Source: Macrostomum hystrix (lineage: Eukaryota; Animalia; Platyhelminthes). From it: a stretch of 64,000 nucleotides of DNA. Position 1 is the stretch's first letter, and the number at the start of each line of letters is the position of its first letter. The stretch is taken from positions 9,176,001 through 9,240,000 of the forward strand of contig CATNEN010000038.1 of the NCBI GenBank assembly GCA_950097015.1, read 5' to 3'. The translations under genes were made by a program, and so were the position numbers. Shown here piece after piece: positions 12,799 to 24,719 of this stretch. The notes beneath the pieces were generated by a model, which was not told the origin of the DNA, did no database searches, and was given only the letters and a program-made list of their open reading frames with translations.

Positions 12799-12867
12799 AT
12801 TGTATTATTGTTATTAATATACATTAATAAAAAAATCAGAGTTCAGCTGTGTTATATTCAACCGAGG

Positions 12868-13822
12868 TCAGCAGCCGCCCAGTCTCTCGACTCGATGAGT
12901 CAGTTTTGACTTTTGAGGCTGCGGGCTAACGCTCTGAAAGGTGGGCATTGAATGATTTTTACCTGGGCATCCGTCCATGTCACTATCAAGCTGATTTGAA
13001 AAGTGATTGCTATTATTACCCTTGACTTGTCGGTACAGCACAGGTAAATCAATGTGAAGCAGATCACTAGAAGAAGGACGGGGGTGCAGACACCGATCAC
13101 AATTTTGCTTGTAGTTGTCAGTCCAATGTCTGCAAAAGTAGCAGTAAGTATTTACGGTATTCAACAATGAGCTGAAAGATAATCTCACGAAGCCGAACTG
13201 TGTCTGTTACGATTACCGCAATCATAAAAGATGCAAGTCCACACCTTCAAAGCGTTCGCACATCTCTGACCTGCAATAGCGTTGGCTATGACTTACTAAT
13301 TAAGTAACCTTTTTGAAATGTACAGGAAAGTTCATTTAAGATAGACTATCCTTGACTCTAGAGCATAGCATAATACGGTTAGCTAATAGAGACTCACCGC
13401 TAAAACCCGAGGCGCATGTGCAGTTGAAGAAGAGGTCACTATAAGTATTTGTACAGTTGCCACCATTGAGACAGACAGGCAGTGTGTTGATTCCCTGGTC
13501 AGGCTGTGTTGTACTGCAGTAGTTCACAGCCGCAATGCAGTACGGTGCGATGTAGGGCAGCGGGCAGAGGCATGGAGGACTGGCTGTGTAGTTGTTGCAG
13601 GTACCGCCATTGAAGCAGGTGATGGCAGAGCAGTTAGCTGATGCCACTGGTACTATAATGCCTGTTGGTTTGAGAATGATAAGTGTTGAGTCCGTTTAAA
13701 AGTGCGCTCAAGTTGGTTTTTTAGGTTACTTAGTCCGACTTACCGATGGAAAACGAAAGCAAAAGGTGAATGGTAGCGACAGGTGAATAGACTGTCAATA
13801 ATGGGAGCGATTTTGGTCGCAT
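12868..13822 (-). CDS. EGF-TM family paralogue 4
   Basis: Exons 13822-13744 (MRPKSLPLLTVYSPVATIHLLLSFSIG), 13661-13398 (2xEGF), an exon from 13270 (GQRCANALK) and 13129-13020 (TM: IVIGVCTPVLLLVICFTLIYLCC-TDKSR). Tail exon boundaries uncertain. Confidence 0.78.
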
Positions 13823-14242
13823 GCTTGTTTTCCTGCAGGACAGTTCGCGTTTTTTTTAATGAAACCTTATTAGACGTATCTTATTAACATGATTCATAAA
13901 AGTTTGCAAGTTAGGAATACAGGGACGTACAGTACATGAGTCTGCTCTGCTCTGCTCTGCTCTGCAGCTCAGAATTGTACTGCACACGGTGCTACGTACT
14001 GTACACTCATCATTGTTGTAAATACGAGCTAGAAGGTGAACAAGCGCAATTACTGAGTAATGAGAGCGCATTGTTGTTGGACTGAGAAGAATATTGCAAA
14101 AGCACTGCAGAATCCACGATGTAGCTATCTTTAATCTACTTTCTGTCCAAATCTCCGTTTCAGAACTGCTCAAGTTCTTGTGAAACACTTGCTACCTCGG
14201 AGCCTTGTTCTTACAATTTGAGCGGCTCACGTAAACGAGACT

Positions 14243-14680
14243 TAGACAGACACTGCCTAGTTAGACAGACACTGCCTAGTTAGACAGACACTGCCTAGTT
14301 AGACAGACACTGCCTAGTTAGACAGACACTGCCTAGTTAGACAGACACTGCCTAGTTAGACAGACACTGCCTAGTTAGACAGACACTGCCTAGTTAGACA
14401 GACACTGCCTAGTTAGACAGACACTGCCTAGTTAGACAGACACTGCCTAGTTAGACAGACACTGCCTAGTTAGACAGACACTGCCTAGTTAGACAGACAC
14501 TGCCTAGTTAGACAGACACTGCCTAGTTAGACAGACACTGCCTAGTTAGACAGACACTGCCTAGTTAGACAGACACTGCCTAGTTAGACAGACACTGCCT
14601 AGTTAGACAGACACTGTCTAGTTAGACAGACACTGCCTAGTTAGACAGACACCGCCTAGTTAGACAGACACTGCCTAGAC
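14243..14680. repeat. 19-bp minisatellite TAGACAGACACTGCCTAGT, ~23 copies
   Basis: Direct tandem repeats. Confidence 0.95.
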
Positions 14681-14900
14681 ACAGTTTCCCAGACATATTA
14701 TTGCTTAGCGAAGCGAAGCCCCCCAGGTTAGGAAGGCCGCTACCTGCCTTGCCATGTTACGAAAAGGAAGTAGAAAAACGAGTAAATGAGTTTATGACGA
14801 CAATTCTTCAGCGGGTTTAATAGTTTCTACGCTCGTAATTATAAAGTGTTTACTTTCATAATGATATAAAAAATAATTTATTTAAACTCGTATTTACAAA

Positions 14901-15205
14901 TGGGTTGCAGGCTAGTGGCTAGAGCGTCTGACTTACGACTTAAAGGTCGGTGGTTCGATTCCCAACTCGCGAGGAACACGTTTTGTAATTTTCCAAGACT
15001 CGGTATAGCTTCGATTCACTCAGTTGTAAAACGTATACTACAAGCAACAGCTAGGGTAATTGTGGCTGGGTGTGAAGCATTCCAGTCCATGGACTGGATA
15101 GCCGTACGCAGCCTTCAGAGGGGTCATGAAGTACCTTAAGGTAGCTGCGGCTTCGCTGTCGGCTGCACAGGTGGCCCAATAAGGGCAGGTGTAATCAATT
15201 ATCAG
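14901..15205 (+). mobile_element. Diverged tRNA-derived SINE (related to the 12496 and 21219 copies)
   Basis: GGCTAGTGG...GGTTCGATTCCC head; 3' CAGTCCATGGACTG...GTACGCAGCCTTCAGA...GCAGGTGTAATCAATT shared with the other copies. Confidence 0.75.
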
Positions 15206-15502
15206 CTTTATTATAAACAGACACTAAATTTAAAGGATACAGTTTCTGCAGTTTTTATGAATGAAACGCGACGAGTTTAATTTTAATAAGTTTTTTATGT
15301 GACTTGAGTCCTCATTGACATCTTGGCGACCAGTGAGTGAGTTGATCGCCAATCGAAGAATAAAGTGCCGAGAGCCGAAGTTAATTGTAAACTATCCAAT
15401 CGTTTGAAGACTAATGAATTGATTCCGTTTTCTAAAATTCATTTTAGATTTGATTCCACGATGTAAATGATGCAGCCGCGTTAAAAACAGCATCACACCA
15501 GT

Positions 15503-17372
15503 TTAATGAACGCAATTTACCCCGCATTGTTGTCCATTTAATTTCAGGCGATAAAAGTACAGCACAGCAGCCAGGAAGATTGCGATCAGTACAAGTAACG
15601 GAATGAAAATGCTGATTGTCATCAGTAGAACATCCTCGGTCCAAGTTGAGGCCTTAATGTCTGAAGTGGTGTTGACAGGAATTATCAAGCGATAATTCTT
15701 CAGTAGTACCTGTTTTTATAGTTGCAACAGCATGTAAAATCTCCTAACAGAGAGGATTCGACAAATATGTTTACACAGAGAAACGTTGCTCGTCCTTGTC
15801 ACCAGGATCTCCAACAATAATCTCTGAATATCTCGTTGGTGCTGACTCGGACAGCTTTGAAAGCTAGTTCATCGTAAAGGGTGGAAATTTTTTATCAACT
15901 TTCACAGAAATCGATCATTCGGTTTGGGAGCTATCGTGAAGTAGGCAGTGGGTTTTCGGTTTGGGAGCTATCGTGAAGTAGGCAGTGGGTATTCGGTTTG
16001 GGAGCTATCGTGAAGTAGGCAGTGGGTTTTCGGTTTGGGTGCTATCGTGAAGTAGGCAGTGGGTTTTCGGTTTGGGAGCTATCGTGAAGTAGGCAGTGGG
16101 TTTTCGGTTTGGGGGCTATCGTCAAGTAGGCAGTGGGTTTTCGGTTTGGGAGCTATCGTGAAGTAGGCAGTGGGTTTTCGGTTTGGGAGCTATCGTGAAG
16201 TAGGCAGTGGGTATTCGGTTTGGGAGCTATCGTGAAGTAGGCAGTGGGTTTTCGGTTTGGGAGCTATCGTGAAGTAGGCAGTGGGTTTTCGGTTTGGGAG
16301 CTATCGTGAAGTAGGCAGTGGGTTTTCGGTTTGGGAGCTATCGTGAAGTAGGCAGTGGGTTTTCGGTTTGGGAGCTATCGTGAAGTAGGCAGTGGGTATT
16401 CGGTTTGGGAGCTATCGTGAAGTAGGCAGTGGGTTTTCGGTTTGGGAGCTATCGTGAAGTAGGCAGTGGGTTTTCGGTTTGGGAGCTATCGTGAAGTAGG
16501 CAGTGGGTATTTGAAATACCTCCGTGGTTTTTCCCCAGGGAGAAAATAGCGTGTGGTCATTCTACTCTAAAAACAGAGTTCATATACCTGTAGTCAAAGT
16601 CGTAGAGCCGTGAGCTACTATAGAACTCGTTGCAGTGCTGACGGAAGTCAACGGCGCTGTCGATTTTGATGAGGTCGTTCCAATAGCTGATTCGTCCGCC
16701 GCTGTGCTCACTTTTGCAACAGTCAGAGTGGAATGAGCAGACGATGGAGCAGGTGAAGACGCCGGGCTGCCAGTTGTGGCCTCCGTTGCGGTTGAACCTT
16801 CGCAGCGGCTACCTGAATACTCGTAGTATTGAGCAAAACTAACTATATTAATGTTATTCATACTTTAGAGTTAATCCATTAACCATGGGCCATAACAAAG
16901 CTGTCACCTTTAAACTCAGAGCTACATGAACAGACAAAATAGGGATCAGAGTAGATCATTGTGCAGTTGCCCCCATTCCGGCAGACAGGCAGTGTAGTGA
17001 TGTTCTTGTCAAGCTGCAGTGTACTGCAGTAGTCCACAGCCGCAATGCAGTTCGGTGCGATGTAGGGCAGCGGGCAGAGGCATGGCGGACTGGCTGTGAC
17101 GTTGTTGCAGGTGCCACCGTTGTAGCAGGTGATGGCAGAGCAATTAGCTGCCTGAGCGCCACCTATACATTAAGACAGGAGTCCTGAATATTATTTCAGG
17201 TTCTCAATATTTGTTAACTTTGTTTCATGCAGCCTTATTCGATTTTTTTAATTCGCTCATAGAGCATTGCTACAGAATCATTTTAAGCTGCATTGGACTC
17301 ACCCGTACACATGAGTAGTATCACAGCCATGGCTGCGACCTGCATGAACAAAATTGACTCCCAGACAGCCAT
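15503..17372 (-). CDS. EGF-TM family paralogue 5 (with Ser/Thr-rich mucin-like stalk)
   Basis: Exons 17372-17303 (MAVWESILFMQVAAMAVILLMCTG), 17162-16908 (2xEGF), 16812-16588 (GSRCE + S/T/A-rich stalk) and from 15660 (TM: VLLMTISIFIPLLVLIAIFLAAVLYFY-RLK); phase-1 introns. Confidence 0.8.
15780..16570 (+). mobile_element. Dispersed non-autonomous repeat copy containing an expanded internal 37-bp array
   Basis: Shares GTCCTTGTCACCAGG...GAATATCTC...TTTGAAAG...GGGAGCTATC...TGAAAT...CCCCAGGGG...TCTACT with 17895-18150(-), 22790-23300(+), 21740-21825(+) and 31030-31170(-). Class unknown; Helitron/Helentron-like is possible. Confidence 0.65.
15918..16511. repeat. 37-bp minisatellite CGGTTTGGGAGCTATCGTGAAGTAGGCAGTGGGTTTT, ~16 copies
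   Basis: Direct tandem repeats in an intron of paralogue 5. Confidence 0.95.
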
Positions 17373-17894
17373 TCAATGCAGTCAAGTTGCTGTGCGAAAA
17401 ATGTATATCTTTGCTATTCTTTTGATGTGCTGTGATTAATCCTTATTCTTATTTTGCATTAGCTTGCAGACTATTTTACATCACTATTGTGCTTGGGCAA
17501 GGAGTAATGTACATGGTATATTGTTGCAGAGTGCTATAGCTTTAGAACGCGAATGAATCTGAGTTGAGTGGAGAGTGGACCTGTGGGTGTCTCTGATGCG
17601 TCATGAAGGCTGCCATCGAATGAGCGGTAAAAAAGCAATTACCCATAGCAACAAAAATGCATCCGTAAGACTAAACTATAAACTACAGCCTATCGTAAAT
17701 TGCTATCGTTAGAATGCTAACCGTTTTCAGCTGTCTATCTCATGACGTCAGTTTATACAATGAGTTTCTGACAGGTGTGTCAATTTTTTCGCATCAATTT
17801 GTGTTGATTTCAGAATCTTAAAACTCGATTTACATAACGGCCAGTGCATGTAGCTTGACTCTTGACTCTCATCTGATCCTAAGGGTTTACGATT

Positions 17895-18150
17895 AATAGT
17901 AGAAAGATCACCCTATTTTCCCCTAGGAAGATACCACGAGGATTGTTTCAAATGCCTACATCACAATAGCTCCAAAACCGAATGACCAATTCTCGTGAAA
18001 GTCCACCATCTGAATCAAATTTTTTCACTCTTTACGATGAACTAACTTTCAAAGTCGTCCGACGTCAGCATCTTCAAGATATTCAGCGATGCTTGTCGGA
18101 GATCCTGGTTACAAGGACAAGTAGACTTCATTGCTATGGCGAATCCATTT
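17895..18150 (-). mobile_element. Dispersed repeat copy (family of 15780-16570)
   Basis: Reverse complement aligns by eye to the unique parts of 15780-16570, with no array. Confidence 0.65.
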
Positions 18151-18726
18151 TGGTTCAAAATATGGATTGAACCAATTGAAGCATGGGTTCCACTATCATT
18201 GTTTTCTAGATTTTCATGGCGATAGGTTGACTATTGACTATTGATATACAGAAATAAAGGAAAATGCGGGCATTTGAAGTACCCCCATTAAAACCTCGAA
18301 ATAATCTATGAAATACTCTCACACTTATTTTATATTTGACATTCTTCATGAGTAGAATAAACCGATAAATATACGTAAACCGAAAAAAATTTATTTAGAC
18401 TTTTGTAACATTGTGTACATACATTTTGTGTACAAAAGTGGATGATTGGATTGAATAGCATCGACTATCCCACAGTAGGCTAAATGTACTTATTGTCGAA
18501 GCTTGGAAACAAAAAGAATGCAACGAAATATAATTTCAACGAAAGTGAAGCTTCCAAAGTGAAAGTCAAATTTGTACAGTCAGAAAACATCATAGAATCA
18601 TGTATACGTCATTAGAAACACAAGAGACCCATTATAAAGCACCTAATAAAGGCACACAGGCGTGTGAATAGCTTTCACCAATCATCGGGGTTCTTGAAAA
18701 CCGGAAAATTATGTCTCGTAGTAATT

Positions 18727-19990
18727 TTATGTCTCAATGACTTCAGTTGTAACAGGTTGGTTGGCTCTATTTGTTACATTGGTTCCATTAGCTCCATCGG
18801 TCTCATTGGTTTCCACAGCCGGGTTGTCCTGGCCACGCTGATATTTGCGAGCTGACAGCGGGGCGTTGCCGTTGCTTCGCGAAGTCGATCCACTTTCTGA
18901 CATCTGGAATGTTTTACAATGCTTTCTGATCAACTCTCTGCTGTTCAGTGTAAGCATAAAACCTGATGAAGGGATCTGAAAATCACAACATTTGGCCTGC
19001 TTTTGTAAGACCGAGGGCTCATAAGTTTTTTGGGTTAAACTGAAATTTTTAATGCCGCAAATTTATGTCGATCAAAGCACTGGTTCATTGTTGTGACGTG
19101 GAGAGAGATTGAAAACATCAGGTTTCCCATATTTTTCCCAGATATTAGTCTATATAAAAATTATTTGATTTTTCACTTACATTCTTCTTCCTTGTTAGAA
19201 GGACTACCAAGATGATGATTAAAACGACAAAAGCGAAGATTCCAATTGTAATACCCGCTATTGAACCTGCAGCTAGGTTTCCTGAAGCGTTAATAAAATT
19301 ATTCGGACTGTGTCCATGAAACTAACAAATTCATTCACCTTCAGATAATTGGCTTGACTTACCAGCTTGTAAAGAGTTGATCCTGTGTGAAAGTATTATT
19401 TGCATTACAGACAGCAAGTGTAACAGTTTAACTTACTGGGAGTGTCGTCTTTGTTGCCGAGAATTGCATTGTTTGTCGTTTCACATCGCCGTCCTGATAA
19501 AAAAATTGACGACAATAGGACAAGTTCATGAGCCAGAATGTGTGTAAAGTTTGTTTCTAAATTGTCTCCCTAAATTAACTCCAGTCTCACCTGAATAGCC
19601 AGGTGGACAAGTACAGTTGAAATAGGGATCAGAGTACATCATTGTGCAGTTGCCACCATTGAAACAGACAGGCAGTGTGGTGATGTTCTTGTCAGGCTGC
19701 AGTGCACTGCAGTAGTTCACAGCCGCAATGCAGTACGGTGCGATGTAGGGCAGCGGGCAGAGGCATGGAGGACTGGCTGTGTGGTTGTTGCAGGTACCGC
19801 CATTGTAGCAGGTGATTGCAGAGCAGTTAGCAGCTGACACAGGGTCTGCAGGAACGCATTTGTTTATTTGAAACGCTTAGAAAATAGGAAAGTTTTAATT
19901 GTATCGACTGCAAGCAACTGGGATCTCACCAATGAGATGCGTGGTCCAGAACACGGCCAATGTGAAAATGGAGGTCACACGCGCTGTCAT
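18727..19990 (-). CDS. EGF-TM family paralogue 6 (intact TM and cytoplasmic tail)
   Basis: Exons 19990-19930 (MTARVTSIFTLAVFWTTHLIG), 19845-19591 (2xEGF), 19493-19437 (GRRCETTNN), TM exon ~19281-19181 (GSIAGITIGIFAFVVLIIILVVLL-TRKKN) and tail exon ~18975-18727. A possible micro-exon at 19382-19363 is unresolved. Confidence 0.8.
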
Positions 19991-20860
19991 CTCGAAGCCT
20001 GAAGCCAACTGCAACGCATGCGGCGGTCCGTTCTGTGCAAACCGTTGTTAGACTCAAGGACGCACAGTAGATAAAGTAACTTTTTTTGCCTTACCCTCTA
20101 CCCCGCTTATTGTTCTCTCTTTTTTTCTCCGCTACGCAGTGTCTCCCTGCCCGCACTGTACAGTATTCACAGTACACTATTACCAGACAGACGGACAGAC
20201 AGCTTGCGAACAAATTGTGGGAAAATGTACTTCAGTTCATAAAGAAAAGGTTTCGCATTTTTGCCGCTTTCTTGCTTACCTTAAGTAATAAACATTACTA
20301 GGAGTTATAATATTTAATTAAAAATCAGTTCTGCTTTACGCTGGCTAGTGATTATTATTTTTCATTGTTACATTGTAAATGTACGTAGGGTTTCTCTTAT
20401 CCAAGGTAAAAATTACGAAGGAAAAAATTAGGAAATTTATTATTACTACCTCGCGGATATCAGGAGCCATGGAATGATGTATTGCTGAACGCTATGACTT
20501 AATTATGACTTAATTGGTGCTTAATTCAACTGTCTATGGGTTAAAGGCGCTCAAAACCCATATGTGTGCGTCCTCGGTAAAAAGTATTGATGCTCGATAT
20601 ATTGAAGTACGCGTACTGAAGTCTGCGCAAGACTGTTCAGTCAATGGTCTGGGAGGCGACACACCCTCTGTCTAGAAAATAGACAAAATGTTCACAATAT
20701 AGTCTGAAATCAAATCGAACCTTTAGGCTACTGGTTTGGAATCTCACCTTTTTAAGAAATCTTGAAATTTGACGTATGTCAGTTCAAAGCAAACACATTA
20801 TTTAATACAAACGAATTCAGCTGAAATGATTGCTGCAGTGTTTTTCATTGGTTATTAAAA

Positions 20861-21590
20861 ATGCGTCAGGTACTGCTGGCATGCCACATAGCTCTGGTTG
20901 TGTCCAACACAGTCTGGCAGCTTCAGCGGGGTGACATTGGTGAGTACAGAGTTCTGCTGCGGCTCAGAACTGCTGGAGTTCGGCACTGCCTGGCAACCGA
21001 ATGGGCTGAGCAGGCCCACGCGGCTTCGTTTGATGCCGCGACCAACAACTGCTCGCTGTACGTCTGCGACCGAGGAAGAACTGGTTCGGGCTGCAGGAAG
21101 TGCCGGCATACCAGAGACGATAGTCTGCCAATGCTCTGGGTTAGAGACAGTGTTTCGCTTGACTGCACTGTGGAAAAGTACCCACTTGAACGTACTAAAG
21201 AAGTTACTTCTGTCTCTTCTAGGTTGTAGCCCAGTAATTAGGGCGTCGGACTAACGACTTGAAGGTCGGGGGTTCGATTCCCGACTCCACTGAAACAATT
21301 TGTGTCCTTTAGCAAGACACTTAACTCTGCATTGCTTCAGTTCGCCCAGCTGTTAAATGGGTACCAGCATCAGCTGGGATAATTGAAGGTGGGTGTGGCG
21401 TCCCCCCAGTCCATGGACTGAACAGCTGTACGCAGCCTTCAGATGCGCCGCGCGATAGCTGCGGCTGTGCTGTCGGCTGCACATCTGGCCTGATTGGGAC
21501 AGGTGTAATCAATTATTATTAATTATTCTGTCTCTGCTGTCTCTTCCATTTTCAGGTAAAATAGCAACAGACCTGCTGGCGTATATTTAG
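20861..21590 (+). CDS. Small putatively secreted Cys-rich protein, PAN/apple-like
   Basis: Hydrophobic N-terminus MRQVLLACHIALVVS; motif HCLA...AASFDAATNNCSLYVC resembles the PAN core. Either one ORF 20861-21229 with the stop supplied by the SINE, or exons 20861-21191 + 21556-21590 (phase-compatible, strong pyrimidine-rich acceptor). Confidence 0.5.
21219..21525 (+). mobile_element. tRNA-derived CORE-type SINE with 10-bp TSD
   Basis: tRNA-like head with B box GGTTCGATTCCC, CORE-like centre and ATT tail; TTCTGTCTCT on both sides. Confidence 0.88.
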
Positions 21591-21611
21591 CATTTTGCCT
21601 TTTCGACTGCA

Positions 21612-21737
21612 AACATAGATGTCTCCTTGGAACATAGATGTCTCCTTGGAACATAGATGTCTCCTTGGAACATAGATGTCTCCTTGGAACATAGATGTCT
21701 CCTTGGAACATAGATGTCTCCTTGGAACATAGATGTC
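21612..21737. repeat. 19-bp tandem repeat AACATAGATGTCTCCTTGG, ~6.5 copies
   Basis: Direct repeats abutting a fragment of the dispersed repeat family (21740-21825). Confidence 0.9.
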
Positions 21738-22369
21738 TACCTATCATGAAGTAGGTAGTGGGTATTTTCGAAATACCCCCGTGGTCTCTCCCCAGGGGGG
21801 GGCATAGTGTGGACTTTCTACTGGTCAGGGCGCAAATTACATCACTAATTCTCGAGAATCGAGCACAGGGACCTTGGTGCGAAAGACTAACACGTGAAGC
21901 CTTCTGCCACTCAGCCCCATCGCAAGTAACTTTAGTCAGTACTAATGGGATCTTTTCGTTACTCCAGAGTTCCCAAGCTTGACCTGAAACGATCATGCAC
22001 AGTCCTCTAAAGCCAAAAAAAAAGGTTTTTAATGGAAAGGCTAAATAATTGAAAATAGAGTTTAAGAACAATGCCTGTCAGTTTGACTTCCTGTTTCTTC
22101 CCGTAGATAAATGTATATTTTGGTTGCTGCCATGCTGTTACGTACTCGCAAATGATCAGTCAATGACGCGCTCAACCTGAAAACAGTTTTATCCGATTGC
22201 ATTTGTAGGGCCAAGCTAAGTTTAGTTGAAATCCCATTCAAATCAATAATTAAACACGCTCATAAAGTCGAAGATAAGGACAGAGCTGCATGAGTAAATG
22301 ATTAATGTCCAGAGTTGGCCTGATCCTTAATTAGATGGGGACCCAGAGCGAAGCTTCGAATTTTTATGC

Positions 22370-22756
22370 ATGGGCAATCCGCATCGCGACGTCATGGAGT
22401 CCCACTGCGGACTGACAGTGCGCCGCGTGGGCCTCGAACCGCCGCTTCCCGACCTAGTCGTCACCTGTCCGCCGAGGCCGCCACCGACGCCGCCGCCACC
22501 GGTGCCAGCTCCGTCGTCAGCATCAGCGACAAGCGGCAGCAGCTACTACAGCTTGCAGAGTATTCGCAAGGAATTGAAGAAATTCTTTCGAACTGGCAAA
22601 GGACAGCAGCAGCAGCAGCAGCAAAAGAACTTTCGACGGCCTCGACTGCGGCAATCAGACGGTGCAGGAGTTGGAGACGACCTGCCAGACATTGGGCTGG
22701 GGAATCAATCGCAGGCAGCCGCAGTTCTGGACGAAGCGGTGGCCGCGTCAGGGTGA
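22370..22756 (+). CDS. Pro/Gln-rich ORF or exon of unknown function
   Basis: GC-rich coding-like sequence with PPRPPPTPPPP and RKELKKFFRTGKGQQQQQQQ; possible donor GG|gtgaga at 22752. Confidence 0.4.
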   Translation: MGNPHRDVMESHCGLTVRRVGLEPPLPDLVVTCPPRPPPTPPPPVPAPSSASATSGSSYYSLQSIRKELKKFFRTGKGQQQQQQQKNFRRPRLRQSDGAGVGDDLPDIGLGNQSQAAAVLDEAVAASG

Positions 22757-22789
22757 GAAGGACTTTGAAGTATCGCAACTAGGCACAAT

Positions 22790-23300
22790 ACTGATACAGG
22801 GATACATTTCACAAAAAATTTTCTGTATCTCCAAAAATTTTCAACCGATCGTCATGAAGATCCATAGATCCCAATTTTCGGCTCTATCCGATGAAGCAAC
22901 TTTCAGAATCACAAACATCGAAATGGTCGAGATATTCAACGAGTCTCGTGTCTGGTGGCAAAAACCATCAATAAAGACATTGTTTTTCTGCTCACAAAAT
23001 GTCATCATGTCATCATTTTTGAACCAATATGAATTCTCTATAGAGGCTTTTACAGAGCAAGCTACATGTCCTTGTCACCAGGGTCTCCGACAAGCATCGC
23101 TGAATATCTCGCAACGATGACTGTTCAGTCGCTCTGAGTCAAGTGAGAAGACTCAGACTGCTTTAGAAAGTTAGTTGATCCTCAAAGGCGGAAAATTTTG
23201 ATCCATTTGGTGGACTTTCATGACAATCGGTCATTTGGCTTGGGAGCTATCGCGAACTAGGCAGTGGGTATTTAAAATCCCCCCGTTGTTTTTCTACTCT
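22790..23300 (+). mobile_element. Dispersed repeat copy (family of 15780-16570), longer 5' part
   Basis: GTCCTTGTCACCAGGGTCTCCGACAAGCATCGCTGAATATCTC and a single GGCTTGGGAGCTATCGCGAACTAGGCAGTGGGT unit. Confidence 0.6.
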
Positions 23301-23993
23301 TAATTTCCGAAATGAATTCCTGTTTTGCGAGAGCCTAAATAAAGTTTGAAGACAATACAAGCTGAGAACATTCATAAACTTGGAATCCTGGTTGAGAACA
23401 TTCAGCTATTTTTACAAAAGCAGGCCTACTCACATTGTGCCAATCAGATCAGATGAGCTCGGGGGTTTATAGCGACGCATAATTCTCAGCTAGAGCGGTG
23501 AGCAAACTTGCTGTGGCAGGATGCTGCAAGAGCACCCGGCACCACATGAGGCTTGGCTGTTGAGGAAATTCATCCCATTGTCAGTCGGTTTGAGAGCGGT
23601 GCTGCGTCACTTCGCCTGAGCAGGCTTGGCGCATTGTGAATTTATCTCATCATCAATGGAGTTCTAGGTTTTATTGATTGGCTCTTTAGAGTTTAGACCT
23701 TGCATTTAATGGCGTGTATGAGCACACGGAACTGTTCAGTATTGACCATCACAGTCTAGTCCGATGCCTCAGGAAGCAGCTTGGTGCAGACTTGCCATCG
23801 GCTTTGCTTGCAGCGACTCGGCAACTGCTGCAGCTGCGATCGTAGCGGTTTCTGAGGTCGAAGATGACAGACCTGTAGTCGGATTTCGACTGGCATTGCA
23901 CCAGTGAGTCAGGCCTTCAAGGCAGAATGAGGGATTTCAAGACTGTGGGATCCAGATAGTGCGGGATTAGGGTAGCCTGAGTTTAGGTAGGTT

Positions 23994-24667
23994 TGGGATC
24001 AGGAGGATATGGGATCAGGAGGATATTAGGGATGGGAGGATATGGGATCAGGAGGATATGGGATCAGGAGGACATGGGATCAGGAGGATATGGGATCAGG
24101 AGGATATGGGATCAGGAGGATATTAGGGATGGGAGGATATGGGATCAGGAGGATATGGGATCAGGAGGACATGGGATCAGGAGGATATGGGATCAGGAGG
24201 ATATGGGATCAGGAGGATATTAGGGATGGGAGGATATGGGATCAGGAGGATATTAGGGATGGGAAGATATGGGATCAGCAGGATATGGGGTCAGGAAGAT
24301 ATGGGATCAGGAGGATATGGGATCAGGAGGATATTAGGGATGGGAGGATATGGGATCAGGAGGATATTAGGGATGGGAAGATATGGGATCAGCAGGATAT
24401 GGGGTCAGGAAGATATGGGATCAGGAGGATATGGGATCAGGAGGATATGGGATCAGGAGGATATGGGATCAGGAGGATATGGGGTCAGGAAGATATGGGA
24501 TCAGGAGGATATGGGATCAGGAGGATATGGGATCAGGAGGATATTAGGGATGGGAGGATATGGGATCAGGAGGATATGGGGTCAGGAAGATATGGGAACA
24601 GGAGGATATGAGACCATGAGGATATGGGGTCAGGAGGATATGGGATCAGGAGGATTTGGGATCAGGG
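23994..24667. repeat. 16-bp minisatellite TGGGATCAGGAGGATA with variants
   Basis: Direct tandem repeats. Confidence 0.93.
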
Positions 24668-24719
24668 AAATGTTTCTGAACAAAGTTTCTGAAAGGCTAC
24701 ATTCTATTTCCTACGTGTG

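Noticed and set aside
15918-16511. CRISPR-like 37-bp repeats (also the 35-bp and 44-bp arrays)
   Set aside because: Units are contiguous with no unique spacers, there are no cas genes, and the context is eukaryotic.
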